A stretch of 64,000 bases of DNA from an uncultured Methanoregulaceae archaeon (GTDB lineage: Archaea; Halobacteriota; Methanomicrobia; Methanomicrobiales; Methanospirillaceae). Where the stretch lies: assembly GCA_963737635.1 (NCBI GenBank), contig CAVTTL010000001.1, positions 2,272,001 through 2,336,000 on the forward strand, read 5' to 3'. Shown piece by piece: positions 31,856 to 43,509 of this stretch. A program made the position numbers and the translations under genes. Position 1 is the stretch's first letter. The number at the start of each line of letters is the position of its first letter. The notes under the pieces are model-generated. The model was not told the origin of the DNA and did no database searches. It saw only the letters and a list, made by a program, of their open reading frames with translations.

Positions 31856-32698
31856 TTACCCGAAAATAGACTTATTATCGACTTCTTCTGCTTGGAACTT
31901 ACTAATCTGATTTGGTGAAAGGTAGCTGAACGATTGTGAAATATTTTCACAAAGGTTCATGTCATTTGCAGTATCAGTCGTAAAACCAATAACCGCCGAA
32001 AATCCTTTGTAATTTTCGCTCCCTTCATGCCCGCTGTAAACAACCGTGGTATTCCTGTCTATGGTGAATTCAAATCGGTCAAAAGTACGTCCGTGAATAG
32101 TTACACTTGTCTCATTCACCGGATAGGATACGTTATTTGGGATCGGGTCTCCCATCTGCATGGCACTACCTTCTCTTACTGCAATCACCGAAAAATCGGG
32201 AGTGCCAGGTACTTCGAATACATTTTCTGCGGTGACAGGTCCGTTAATCTGTCGCAAACGAGTGCGGACATTTTGTTGTTGACCGCCAAGTATTACCGCA
32301 TAGTTCCAGATCCAAAAAGATCCTCCGTTCCCAAGCGGTTGCGCACCGTCAGCGAGTGTAAAATTTGTCAGTACACAGTCCCCCTGCAGTCCCCCGCTTA
32401 GAATAACCATGCTGTCCGACGCTTCCCAATTCTTGGGGATATTGAGCGTATAGAGCATATTGCTGTCCTTGATTGATTTCATCTCAGGTAAAGCAGCGAC
32501 TACAGGAGAAGGTGTTGCAGCTACAGTCGCAGTGGAAGATTCTGTGGCAGGTGTGCTGGCAGTAATTGGTTGAACTGTCGGTGTAACAACCGGTACACCA
32601 CTCTGATTTGTGGATACGCACTCTGTGCCAATTGCGGCACCAACTGTTAGCACGAGGAAAATGATAATCCATCCGCGTTTTATTGTGGCGTCAGTCAT
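31856..32698 (-). CDS. Secreted/surface hypothetical protein with Thr/Pro linker
   Basis: Signal-like N-terminus, PTVQPITASTPATE linker; visibly AT-richer than its flanks. Confidence 0.65.
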   Translation of the reverse strand: MTDATIKRGWIIIFLVLTVGAAIGTECVSTNQSGVPVVTPTVQPITASTPATESSTATVAATPSPVVAALPEMKSIKDSNMLYTLNIPKNWEASDSMVILSGGLQGDCVLTNFTLADGAQPLGNGGSFWIWNYAVILGGQQQNVRTRLRQINGPVTAENVFEVPGTPDFSVIAVREGSAMQMGDPIPNNVSYPVNETSVTIHGRTFDRFEFTIDRNTTVVYSGHEGSENYKGFSAVIGFTTDTANDMNLCENISQSFSYLSPNQISKFQAEEVDNKSIFG

Positions 32699-32886
32699 TT
32701 CACCAGAACCGCGAACTTCTCTGAATCACCCTGTTCTCAGGTAGCCCGATATTCATTACTGTGCTTATGATTTCGATCAGTTTGATAAACATTATTATTC
32801 TGACACGGGGAGATACCAAGCCGGCGTGCCGGATACTATCCGAAATGATAGCCAATCTTGCATCAGAAGATTTTTGCCCGCTGTTT

Positions 32887-34562
32887 TCATTCGTAAAAAA
32901 CCGGTACGTCCTTGAACGTGACACTATCAAAGAGCCCGTGATCGGTGATCCTCAGCGCCGGAATAACGGAAAGGGCAAGGAACGAGAGATACATGAACGG
33001 ATCAGCAATGCCTCCCATTCCCGTTGTCTCTTCCCTGAGCGAATCGAGCATTGATTCAACTTTGTGAGCCGAAAGCGTGGACATGAGTCCGGCACAGTCA
33101 AGCGGAAGCACCGTAACCTCCTGCCCATGTATCGCGGTCATGGCACCGCCTGCCCGGATCACGGTATCGATCGCGGCCAAGATCGTCTCATCCTCCACTC
33201 CGGTTGCAATGATGTTGTGCGTGTCGTGGGAGACGCTTGCGGCGATCGCACCCTCCTTGAAGCCAAACCCATGAACAATCCCGGTACCGACCAGCCCCCG
33301 CCCGTACCGGTTGCAGATCACGACCTTGAGGAGATCACGCTTTATGTCGGGAATGGTATCCGCCTCGATGTCAAAGGAGAGTGATTCGGTGATGATCTGG
33401 CCGGGTACAAGCCCGATGACCCGCGCCCGCCCGTGGCCGGAAAGCGCGATCTGTTCCCGGGAGGGTATGGTGCACCGGACTACAGGCAACGGAACGGGGA
33501 CTGCAGGCTGGCATACATATTCCGTTACCGGCCTCCCACAGGAGAATGTCTCTTTTACGGCAAATGTACGGGGGTTGTCGACGATACAAAAATCTGCCCG
33601 CCTGCCCGGTGCAAGTGCCCCGCGATCAGTAAGCCCAAAACGTTCCGCTGCCGAAAGGGTTGCCATCCGGATTGCGAGTTCGGATTCAAGGCCGCAGTTT
33701 ACCGCTTTTCTAATGCACCGGTCAATGTGACCCTCCCGGACGAGCAGATCAGCATGGCAGTCATCGGTCGAAAAACTGCACCGGGACACATTATATGGTG
33801 TGATCATGGGCGCGAGCGCGGTGATATTCTGCTCAGTCGATCCCTCCCGGACAAAGATATACATCCCGCGCCGGATCTTCTCTTCTGCCTCTTCTACCGT
33901 GGTGCACTCGTGATCGCTGTCAGGGCCGGCAAGGACATATGCGTTTAGATCCATGCCGGACAGGAGCGGCGCATGGCCGTCACGGATGGTGGTAAGCGAA
34001 AGTTTCTCCAGAATTTCTCTATCCCCGGCAAGTACCCCCGGCACATTCATCATCTCGCCGAGCCCGATGACCCCGTCCCGGCCAACGAAGCCGGAAAGTG
34101 ACCTGGCATCGAGCACGGCTCCCCCGGTATCTCTGGGGGTCGACCGGCACACAGGATGGCAGCATGTACAGGATGTCCACCGGCGCACCGGCCCGGGCCG
34201 CCAGCATGAAGTCAATGCCTTTTGCCCCGGCAACGTTTGCAATCTCGTGGGGATCAGCGATCACCGTCGTGGTTCCATGGGAAGATACAAGCCGGGCATA
34301 TTCCTGCGGAACAAGCAGCGAACTTTCGACATGGACATGCGCGTCGATAAGACCGGGAACAAGATATGCCCCGGAGAGACTCCTTCTCGCGGATACCCCG
34401 GTACGAACGATCTATCCCTACGATAATCCCGTATTTTATCGCAATATCGCTCCGTTCCCATGCGCAGGTGAACGCATCGAAAATCTCAGCGTTCCGGTAA
34501 ACGACATCCGCCGGCTCAATGCCGCGTGCCGCCCGGATAAGGTCTGAAGAGGGACGTACCAT
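32887..34562 (-). CDS. ade: Adenine deaminase; two apparent frameshifts (~34380, ~34143)
   Basis: IDAHVHVESS, DPHEIANV, LGEMM, DGHAP, DHEC, REGS, TDD, SHDTHN across frames. Confidence 0.9.
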
Positions 34563-34567
34563 TCACG

Positions 34568-34918
34568 TCACACCGTAATGTCCCGGATAACGGCCGTCTC
34601 TCGTTCACCGTTTTCGGTGAGATAAATATATATTTTGTAATTACCCGGCGCAAGCTGTAATGGTATCGTGACCGTGTTCTGGGCTCCGGTTAGCGTGACG
34701 GTAGTCCCGGTGGTCAGAAGTTCGTGCTGTTCGAATTGATCCAGCGTAAAGACCCGTACCTGAACGCCAACGTTAAGAGGAGTTCCGGGACCTGCGACCC
34801 CCACAGTCAGGTTGCCGTTCCCATATGCGACATTCCCGATCGAGAGGGACGTACAGCCGGCAGTCACAAGAAGCAGCCCCAGTAAAAGACCAAAAAGAAG
34901 GCACCAGCGTCCGGTCAT
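34568..34918 (-). CDS. Small lipoprotein
   Basis: Lipobox LLVTAGC; beta-rich body. Confidence 0.7.
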   Translation of the reverse strand: MTGRWCLLFGLLLGLLLVTAGCTSLSIGNVAYGNGNLTVGVAGPGTPLNVGVQVRVFTLDQFEQHELLTTGTTVTLTGAQNTVTIPLQLAPGNYKIYIYLTENGERETAVIRDITV

Positions 34919-35219
34919 AGTTCTGTTGTCAGACTGTATCCATAAAAACCTATACCTGAACCTGAAAAATTCATCCGATCTGAATGGCTGAAGACGTCCC
35001 GGATCGTAAACGCGATTGCAGAGTATGTACAGGAAATTTCCTCGGCCACTGCAGAGATTTATTTATTGTGCGCCGGTAGAAACCTATTTCCTCTTTCGCA
35101 AAAAACTGAATAACGTGTCAATGAGACGGAAATAACGAATAAAATCGGTAGTCAGTCGATGATTTTAAAAGCAAAGGTTATTAAATAAGACCTTTATAAA
35201 AATTCTGTCAGGTGATATC

Positions 35220-36117
35220 ATTACAACCATCACGTTCTGCCATCATAAAGGCGGAACAGGAAAAACTACGTCCTGCCTGAATATTGCCGGATTCTGTTCT
35301 CTAGCAGGAAAAAAAGTGCTGGTGGTTGACTGCGATCCCCAAGCCAATGCGACAGCAGGTTTGGGGCTCAGCCCGGAAATCGGCCCGGAAAAACATGTAT
35401 GACATCTTCATGAGCCGTATTGACGGTTTTCCCCAGATAAAAATGACCGATATCATCTGTTCCACAGAATCCGGAATCGATCTTGCCCCGGCAAACCTTG
35501 ATCTTGTCGGTGCAGAACCGTACCTTTATGGCATTGCTTCACGTGCGGAAGTGCTCCGGGATGCACTGCTTCCCATCAAGCAGAACTATGATCTGATCCT
35601 TATCGATACGCCCCCAAGTATGGGGCAGTTTGTGATAAACGGCCTTGTTGCTGCAGATCATATCATTGTTACCCTTGATTCCGGATCATTTGCTCTCAAT
35701 GGCATAGGCCCGCTGTTTATTATTTTTGAGGACATAAAAGAGGATCTGGGGAAAAAAATCAACGTAGACATGGCAATCATCTCGCGCTGGGGCGAGGCCG
35801 GGGAAACGTGCGGCCCGGAACAGCAGGAGCAGCCAAAAGGCGATCTGATCAGCAGGTTTTTGTCGCTCTTTACCCAGCGTCATGAGCCTACCGAAGAAGA
35901 GACAATTGCCCAGAAAGAACGAGAAAGAGAGCATGAACGCCTGACCGGAATGCTCGCAGAAATCGGGAAAACGTTTCCCGATGTGCACACTGTGCCTTAT
36001 TCTCCCGAGATATACGAGGCCCAGAAACGTGGCATGCCCATCTCACATATCGCTCCCAAAAGCAGCGCCGGGAGCGCGTACAGGATGATTGCAGACGAGG
36101 TTATGAAATGGACTTAA
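35220..36117 (+). CDS. ParA/MinD-family ATPase; probable ATT start; apparent frameshift near 35378
   Basis: HKGGTGKTT deviant Walker A and DCDPQANAT upstream of the listed ORF; IDTPP; AGGTGA SD at 35210. Confidence 0.85.
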
Positions 36118-38100
36118 CAACACTGGAACAGACCGTAAAGAAAGCCGCAGATGGGGACCTGAAGATCCGCATCGATGAAAATCATGCGGAGATAGAGATC
36201 AAGCCGCTGGTACAACAGATAAACCGGCTTATTGCAAAAGCCGCAGATACGGCAGAGAAGAAGCAGCGTGCTGATACCATGATCAAGTTCAACCCGCTCG
36301 CAATCGCTATCCTGAAAAAAGACCGGACCATCGTCAATATCAATAAAAAATATGAATCGCTCTGGCGCGGAACCCGCGAAGAGCTGATGAAAAAGAGGTT
36401 GTATGATTTTGATATCACCGTCGTTGCCGGGGATCATCTCTACGCCTGTTTTGAAACGAGAAAACTTTCGGTAAGTGAGTGCAGGGTGAAATTTGCTGAC
36501 GGCACACAGAAATACCTGACCCTTCAGGCAATGCCGATGCTCGATGCGGTCGGGGAGGTTGATGGGGCGTTCTATTTCTGGATCGATACGACCGAGCTCC
36601 ACGATAAAATTGCGGAATCTGAAAAGATCAAACAACGGGCAGATCGTATTATCGAAGAGAACCCGTACGCATTGTTTACTATCGATACAAGCCTTGCCGT
36701 TCGCTCCGCAAACAATGCATTCCTGAAACTCACCGGGTATTCCCGCGACGAGGCTGCTCGTCTTTCGATGAAAGATTTCCGGTACAAGAAAAACAAAGGT
36801 GCTAGTGTTGAGGCGACAATATCATCCAAGCAGCGTGGGCACGGTGAATCGGTTATTGAGTTCCCCGCAGGTACACTGATACTTGACTGGTATTATATCC
36901 CACTTCTCGATGGGTCCGGGACAGTTGAGAGCCTGCTTGTGGTATACAACGATATTACCGAACGGCGCCGGCAGGAGCATGAGATTCAAGATCTCATGGA
37001 GGACTCCAAGAAGAAAGCGCAGGCGCTTTCCGAAAGCGCTGTCGTGCTCGAGAGTGGGCTGTCGCGGATGGCAGAAGGGGATCTTACTTTTACCGCAGAT
37101 ATTGCAGAAAATGACCCGCTCGTTTCCTTAAAGAAAGATTACAACAAGGCAATTCTTTCCATAAAAGCGGTGATCGAGGAGATCAGTAAAGCCGCGCAGC
37201 AGCTCGATCTCACCACTGCCGAGACAGGCAGGAGCACCCACGAGATCTCCAAGTCCACAGAACAGGTTGCCATATCAACCCAGGAATCTGCGGAGGGAGC
37301 TGAAAAAACAGCTGACCGAGATCGAGAAGGTCAGCAGCGACGTTTCGGATCTCTCTGCATCCATAGAAGAGATCGCAAGCACCACCCATGATCTTATGAC
37401 GCATGCCCAGAAGGCGGCAAGCGAAGGCAACCAGGCCGCAGAGCTGGGCAAGGTAGCAACGGCAAAGATGAAGACCGTGGAGAAAATCTCGGGAGAAAGC
37501 GTCGCGGAGATCACGGCACTTAACGACCGCATGAAAGAGATCTCCAACATTGTCAAGCTGATTGCCGACATCTCAAGCCAGACCAACTTACTTGCCTTAA
37601 ATGCCGCGATCGAAGCGGCCCGGGCAGGCGAACATGGGCGGGGATTTGCCGTTGTTGCAGGAGAAGTGCGCAACCTTGCCGGGGAATCCAAGAGCGCTAC
37701 GAATAATATCGAGACACTTATCGGTTCTATCCAGAACAACAGCGAAAAGACTGCTGCAGCCATCAAAAATTCCTATCTGGAAATCCAGACCGGTATCGAG
37801 AGCGTAAACCAGACCATCGAAGTGCTCAACCGGATCATATCCGAGGCCGACGTTGTCTCCCAAGGAGTGACCGAGATTACTAAGGCTACCGAGGCCCAGG
37901 CCGAAGCGACAAACCGCGTGATGCAAGGTGTGGAACAGACTAATACCCTCTCCCATGAGACCCAGCAGCGCATGGAAGATATGGCAGCACTTGCTGAGGA
38001 GACAAGCGCGTCCACCCAGGAGATTGCAAGCGCGTCGGCCGAACTCTCCCAGATGGCCGAACGCCTTAAGGCTGCGACGAACAAGTTTAAGATACGGTGA
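36108..38100 (+). CDS. Soluble chemoreceptor (2 PAS, HAMP, MCP signalling domain); apparent frameshift near 37305
   Basis: [31 protein letters not shown]; no TM segment. Confidence 0.9.
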
Positions 38101-38103
38101 ACT

Positions 38104-38616
38104 ATGGCCGGGACAATCGATGTAGTAGAGTTCGAGCTGGGTGGAGAGCGGTATGCTCTGGATATCAATCTCGCACGCGAAATCGTGGAGATGATACCGA
38201 TTACTCCCATACCCCGGGCACCGCCATTTATCTCCGGCGTTATCAATCTCCGGGGAGAGATCACAAACATCATGAATCTTAATACGCTTCTTGGCCTTCC
38301 CGACAAGGAAGTAAGGGAGAACCAGAAGATCATTGTCCTTGTCCCTGATGCGGCAAAAGGGAATAATGTCGGGATAATCGTTGACGATGTCTCCAGTGTC
38401 CGCCAGGTGCCTGAGTCCGACATTGAGCATATCGGTGTGGGAATTTCGTCAGAGTTCTCCCAGTTTGTGAAGGGCATTATTAAGGTTTCAGGGGATGATG
38501 CTGAAAAGAAGAAAAAAGATCTCATCATCTGGCTTGACATGGAAAAAGTAATTCTGGATCTGGGCAACCGGTCCAAAAACAGCCCGGGTGCAGGCATTGT
38601 GCGCGAATCCGATTAA
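38104..38616 (+). CDS. cheW: Chemotaxis adaptor CheW
   Basis: ITPIPRAP..GVINLRGEI..GIIVDDV. Confidence 0.93.
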   Translation: MAGTIDVVEFELGGERYALDINLAREIVEMIPITPIPRAPPFISGVINLRGEITNIMNLNTLLGLPDKEVRENQKIIVLVPDAAKGNNVGIIVDDVSSVRQVPESDIEHIGVGISSEFSQFVKGIIKVSGDDAEKKKKDLIIWLDMEKVILDLGNRSKNSPGAGIVRESD

Positions 38617-38633
38617 ATTTTTGATGAAAAGGA

Positions 38634-41555
38634 ATGGGAAGTGAGAACGGTATGACTGAACAACGACCGGGACGGAAAGCCTTGTTTATTGGAGCACCGG
38701 CGCCGGAAGGGCGGGGTTCTCCCGATGAGATTGCAGAGCATGTGCGGGAATTGAACGAGGAACTTGCCCTTGCGCTCAAAGGGGCCGCTGCTAAAAAAGC
38801 GGTAAAGCCTCTTGAAGCATCGCATTTCGGAAAAGAGTATACAACCCTGGTGGACGCAGTCAATACTTCTTTAGCGCATATGGCGATGGCGAAACCTGAG
38901 ACCCCGACGCCGGCGGGAGAGCCTCAGGAAGTCCTCGAAGTATGCCTTAATAAAATAGATGTACTTGAACGACGGCTCGAGTTCATGGAGAAGAACAACC
39001 CGGTACCTATGCTCATTGCCACGCCGTCCCTGGACATTACAGAAGTTAACGCTGCGTACGTTGGAATGACCGGGATCCCTCATGACAAAATCGTCAAGAC
39101 AAATATCCATGATTTTTCCGTCACCAGCCGGTCCGGTGACGATGCCAGCGTCGCTGTCGAGAAGAAACGGCGTGCGGTAGGCGAACTCACAGTTACGTTC
39201 CCTTCAGGTATGCATACCTTGGAGCAGTATTGCATCCCGGTCCTTGACAAGACAGGAGAAGTAACGTCACTGATCGTGCTCTATGATGATCTCACTACAA
39301 AACGTAAGAAAAACGAGGAGATCGAACGGCTTAAGGTCAGATCGGAGACGATTGTCCAGCAGAACCCCATGCCAATCGTGCTCGTGGATACCGGTTTCAA
39401 AATCCGGGTAGTAAACGAAGCATATGTCACACTCACCGGCATTGAAAAAAGCCGGTTGCTGGCTATGTCGCTGCGTGATTTTAAGATCGCTGAACAAACC
39501 GGGCAAGGCTTGAAGAACGTTATCGAGACCGGCACACGTTCTGCTGGCGAAGTTGTTGTCGAGTTTCCCAAGGGCATCCGCCGTCTCCGACAGTACGGCA
39601 TTCCCATTCCCGGTGCGAAAGGGGCAATCGAAAGTATCCTTGTAGTCTATAACGACATCACCGAAGAGAAAAAGGAGATGGATGAGGTCCTTGCGGCCCG
39701 GCGCATGTCGGAGACGATTGTCCAGCAGAACCCGATCCCAATCCTGATGGCCGATCGCTCATTTAGGATCATCACGGCAAACGCAGCGTACGAGAAAATG
39801 AGCGGATATCCGCTGGACCGGATCGCCGGGATGAACCTACGCGATATAAAAATCCGCGAACAGAAGGGCGAGGGTGCAGGTCTTGCGATCCGGGAGAAGC
39901 GCCGGGCATTCGGTGAAGTCACAGTCGAGCTCCCAAGTGGCACGCGGATTCTCGAACAGTACGTGATGCCGCTGCTTGATAGCAAAAACGAGATCGAGCA
40001 CCTTCTTCTGGTCTACAACGATGTGACCGCTCAACGTACCAACCAGCTGGATCTTGCAAAGAAGATGGAGGAGGTCGCAGCTCTTAAGAAGCGTTCCGAT
40101 GTTATCGTCATGCAGAATCCAATGCCTATCATGCTCATGGACGCATCCTTTAAGATCATTATGGCAAACCAGGCTTATACCAGCCTGACCGGCATTTCAA
40201 AAGAAAAGTTACATGGCATGAACGCTCGTGAGTTTAAGATCCTTTCCCAGACCGGAGAAGGCCTCAAAAAAGTAACTTCCGAGAAAAGCCGGAGTTTCGG
40301 GGAGATCACGATTGAGTTCCCAACCGGTATCCACATTCTCGACCAGTACGGTATCCCCATGCTGGACGCGCAGCAAAATCTCTCGACAATACTGTGCGTC
40401 TATGTCGATGTAACGGCCCGGCGCGAACAGGAAAAGAAGATCCAAGAAATGATGGAGGAGGCAAAAGCCAGTGCAGAACTGCTTTCAGCAAGTGCTGCCG
40501 AACTCCAGACCGGCCTTGCAAATATCGCAGCCGGGGATCTTACCTTCCAGCTCAGTATTGACGATGCGGATCCGCTCGTGCAGCTCAAGAAAGATTACAA
40601 TTCTTCTATCGGGTCTATCCGGGCCCTTATTACCGAACTCATGCAATCCATCCGGCGACTGGATGTGACCATTCAGGATACCATCAAGAGTACAGACGAG
40701 ATCGCCAGGGCGACCGAACAGGTGGCCATCTCATCGCAGAAAGCAACCGACAACGCGAAGGATGAGATTTCCAGCGTTGAGAAGATATCAGGAGTCATAT
40801 CCGATATTTCAGCTTCGATCGAAGAGATCGCAAGTACATCTCATGATGTCATGGCCCATGCTGAGAAAGCAGCCCATGAAGGGATCCAAGCTGCCGGTGT
40901 GGGAAAAACGGCCACAGAAAAAATGGAGGCCGTTGAAAAGATCTCCCTGCAGAGCGTCAACGAGATCACCGCGCTTAACGAGCAGATGCACCAGATCTCA
41001 AAGATTGTCAACCTAATCACCGACATCGCAAACCAGACCAACCTGCTTGCCTTAAATGCGGCGATCGAAGCGGCACGGGCTGGCGAACACGGACGCGGGT
41101 TTGCCGTTGTCGCGGGTGAGGTAAAGAATCTTGCCGGTGAATCCAAGAAGGCCAGCAACCAGATCGAGACCCTAATAAAGTCGATCCAGACTAAGAGTGA
41201 GGTGACGGCAACATCAATCCAGAACTCCTTTAAAGAGATTAAGGGGGGTATCGAGAGCGTCAACATGACGGTCGAGTTGCTCAACAGGATTATTGCTGAG
41301 GCAAATGTGGTATCAAAAGGCGTCTCCGAGATTACCAAGGCAACGGAGAGCCAGGCCCAGGCAACTTCTGGCCTGATGGCGGGTATCGAATCGGTCAGGA
41401 CGGCTACGCAGAATAACCAGCAGCGCATGGAAGATATGGCGGCGCTTGCTGAGGAAACAAGTGCATCGACTGAAGAGATCGCAAGTGCCTCGGCTGAGCT
41501 TGCGTCCATGGCAGAGCGCTGCAACGGAATGATGAAAGAGTTCCATACAGAATAG
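38634..41555 (+). CDS. Soluble chemoreceptor with four tandem PAS domains
   Basis: Four NP(V/M/I)P repeats, HAMP, MCP hairpin motif; no TM. Confidence 0.92.
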   Translation: MGSENGMTEQRPGRKALFIGAPAPEGRGSPDEIAEHVRELNEELALALKGAAAKKAVKPLEASHFGKEYTTLVDAVNTSLAHMAMAKPETPTPAGEPQEVLEVCLNKIDVLERRLEFMEKNNPVPMLIATPSLDITEVNAAYVGMTGIPHDKIVKTNIHDFSVTSRSGDDASVAVEKKRRAVGELTVTFPSGMHTLEQYCIPVLDKTGEVTSLIVLYDDLTTKRKKNEEIERLKVRSETIVQQNPMPIVLVDTGFKIRVVNEAYVTLTGIEKSRLLAMSLRDFKIAEQTGQGLKNVIETGTRSAGEVVVEFPKGIRRLRQYGIPIPGAKGAIESILVVYNDITEEKKEMDEVLAARRMSETIVQQNPIPILMADRSFRIITANAAYEKMSGYPLDRIAGMNLRDIKIREQKGEGAGLAIREKRRAFGEVTVELPSGTRILEQYVMPLLDSKNEIEHLLLVYNDVTAQRTNQLDLAKKMEEVAALKKRSDVIVMQNPMPIMLMDASFKIIMANQAYTSLTGISKEKLHGMNAREFKILSQTGEGLKKVTSEKSRSFGEITIEFPTGIHILDQYGIPMLDAQQNLSTILCVYVDVTARREQEKKIQEMMEEAKASAELLSASAAELQTGLANIAAGDLTFQLSIDDADPLVQLKKDYNSSIGSIRALITELMQSIRRLDVTIQDTIKSTDEIARATEQVAISSQKATDNAKDEISSVEKISGVISDISASIEEIASTSHDVMAHAEKAAHEGIQAAGVGKTATEKMEAVEKISLQSVNEITALNEQMHQISKIVNLITDIANQTNLLALNAAIEAARAGEHGRGFAVVAGEVKNLAGESKKASNQIETLIKSIQTKSEVTATSIQNSFKEIKGGIESVNMTVELLNRIIAEANVVSKGVSEITKATESQAQATSGLMAGIESVRTATQNNQQRMEDMAALAEETSASTEEIASASAELASMAERCNGMMKEFHTE
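39344..39733 (+). repeat. Intragenic direct repeat from PAS duplication (GGAGACGATTGTCCAGCAGAACCC twice)
   Basis: Identical ~24-mer near 39344 and 39710. Confidence 0.7.
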
Positions 41556-41622
41556 GGTCACACTTGACAAAAGAGACGGTAAACTTGTTCTACCTTTATA
41601 TCACAATGCCTCAAAGGAGAGG

Positions 41623-42441
41623 ATGTTTTTAATGACAATAGTTCACGATGATGGTTTTGCTGCCCTGAAACGGTATATCGAGCAGACCCTCAAAATCCAG
41701 TGTTCCAATTACAAGGAAGACTATATCAAAAGGCGGCTGCTTTCCCGGATGCGTTCGACCGGAACATCTTCCTATGAAGATTACCTCAAACACCTTCGCG
41801 AAAATAGCCCGGAACTGGAGAATCTGCGGAATGCACTCACGATTAATGTAACGGAATTCTTCCGGGACTCAGATGTTTATGAAAGGGTAAGAAAGGAAGT
41901 AATTCCTGCACTCTTTAAAGGCAGAAAAACGATTCGTATCTGGTGTGCTGGCTGTTCAACAGGAGAAGAACCATACTCCCTTGCCATGATCCTTTCCGAG
42001 ATCGTAGCGATGGACAAGACACTCTCCGGCCAGATCTTTGCGACCGATATCGATGAAGTCGTCCTGAAAAAAGCAAAAGAAGGAATCTACCCGGAAAAAT
42101 CGATGGCAAAACTTACTGAGGCGCAGATCCACCGACATTTCACCAAACTTCCCGACGGGACATACCAGGTAAAACCGCATCTCCAAGCACTCATCCGGTT
42201 CCGTCCTCACGATCTTATGAGTGGCCAGCCCATCTCCAAGTTCCTCGATATGATCACCTGCCGGAACGTGACCATCTATTTTACCGAAAAACAGAAAGAC
42301 GATCTCGCCCGGACGTTCCACGGGGCGCTTGTACCGGGCGGATACTATGTAATGGGCAAAACCGAATATCTCGGACGTGATGTTGAAGGGTTATTTACCC
42401 CGGTGCATTCCATCCAGAAGATCTATACAAAAAAAGATTAA
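41623..42441 (+). CDS. cheR: Chemotaxis methyltransferase CheR
   Basis: TINVTEFFRD, WCAGCSTGEEPYS, CRNVTIYF. Confidence 0.95.
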   Translation: MFLMTIVHDDGFAALKRYIEQTLKIQCSNYKEDYIKRRLLSRMRSTGTSSYEDYLKHLRENSPELENLRNALTINVTEFFRDSDVYERVRKEVIPALFKGRKTIRIWCAGCSTGEEPYSLAMILSEIVAMDKTLSGQIFATDIDEVVLKKAKEGIYPEKSMAKLTEAQIHRHFTKLPDGTYQVKPHLQALIRFRPHDLMSGQPISKFLDMITCRNVTIYFTEKQKDDLARTFHGALVPGGYYVMGKTEYLGRDVEGLFTPVHSIQKIYTKKD

Positions 42442-42455
42442 ACACCGTTTTAATT

Positions 42456-42725
42456 TTAATGCTTCTGGCGATCGTCAGCCCCGGTTCCGGCATTTTTCCC
42501 GATATTTTTTGTCAGCTCGGCCTGCATAGCCTTGCGTGAAGTCTGGGCTTTTATCTGGTTATAAATGGTAACAAAGTTAATGCCAACGACCACAATAACA
42601 AGCATCAGGCTAACCCAGAGCATTATGCCATTTACCGTAAGAAATGCCGCCCAAAGGAGGAGAACAAAAGAGATCAGGTAAAAAATTACCCATGTCCGCA
42701 GACCGGGAACTTCCATAACGATCAA
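42456..42725 (-). CDS. Small two-TM membrane protein
   Basis: Two hydrophobic segments and a polar tail. Confidence 0.6.
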   Translation of the reverse strand: MIVMEVPGLRTWVIFYLISFVLLLWAAFLTVNGIMLWVSLMLVIVVVGINFVTIYNQIKAQTSRKAMQAELTKNIGKNAGTGADDRQKH

Positions 42726-42934
42726 TATACGTTATGGGAATACTAATGTATTTCCGCCCTCTCGAAGGTGTTGTCAGATTAGGGGAATTTTTATCGGTCT
42801 GCATGGATATATTTCTGACAACAATTTAGTGACGGGGGATCGAAAATCCTCTTCTCCTCATGGGATCCCTTTGAAGGCGGATGGCAGGTGAGGTAAAGGG
42901 ACTTCTAGTTGCGTACGCATGGGAGAGTTATCGA

Positions 42935-43306
42935 TCACCGGCGCAGCGCCCGCTCGATTACAGCCACAAGATCCTGTTCCATGCAGGGCTTGAGGATATA
43001 CCCATAAGGAGAGACGTCTATTGCCTCACCGATCCTCTTTTCTTCCGAATATGCCGTAAGAAATATGATCGGGATGTCGTGCAATCGCCGGATTTCACGC
43101 GCAGTCTGGACACCATCAAGTTTTCCACTGAGCCCGATATCCATCAGTATGACATCGGGTCGAAGACCCTTTCCAATCCTGTCGATCGCGTTCTCCCCGC
43201 TCCATTCAGGGGTCATAACCATGTACCCTACCTTCTCCAGGATTTCGGTGAGGTGCATTGCGATTAGGCCGTCATCTTCAACAACAAGAATGGATACGTT
43301 TGTCAT
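42935..43306 (-). CDS. Stand-alone response regulator receiver
   Basis: ILVVEDD, LMDI, FLTA, KP. Confidence 0.9.
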   Translation of the reverse strand: MTNVSILVVEDDGLIAMHLTEILEKVGYMVMTPEWSGENAIDRIGKGLRPDVILMDIGLSGKLDGVQTAREIRRLHDIPIIFLTAYSEEKRIGEAIDVSPYGYILKPCMEQDLVAVIERALRR

Positions 43307-43509
43307 ACTTTATCTTATCCTTCTATTTCTCTGAACAGGTGCAAGAATTCAGTCCAATATGCCCATCAACGTAGTAAGAAAGCCAAAAGAAAAAGTCAGG
43401 TGTAAGACCTCCGGTAGAATGTTCTCAATCTGGGGAGGTATTGTCAGAGGTTGCGACACAGATTTGTCATCCAGATGATGCTTTCCTGCCGGAGTGTCTC
43501 GAAAGGGAG

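Noticed and set aside
37580-41140. Near-identical DNA in the two chemoreceptors, and in the receiver domains at ~9500 and ~13250
   Set aside because: Paralog domain conservation, not a mobile repeat.
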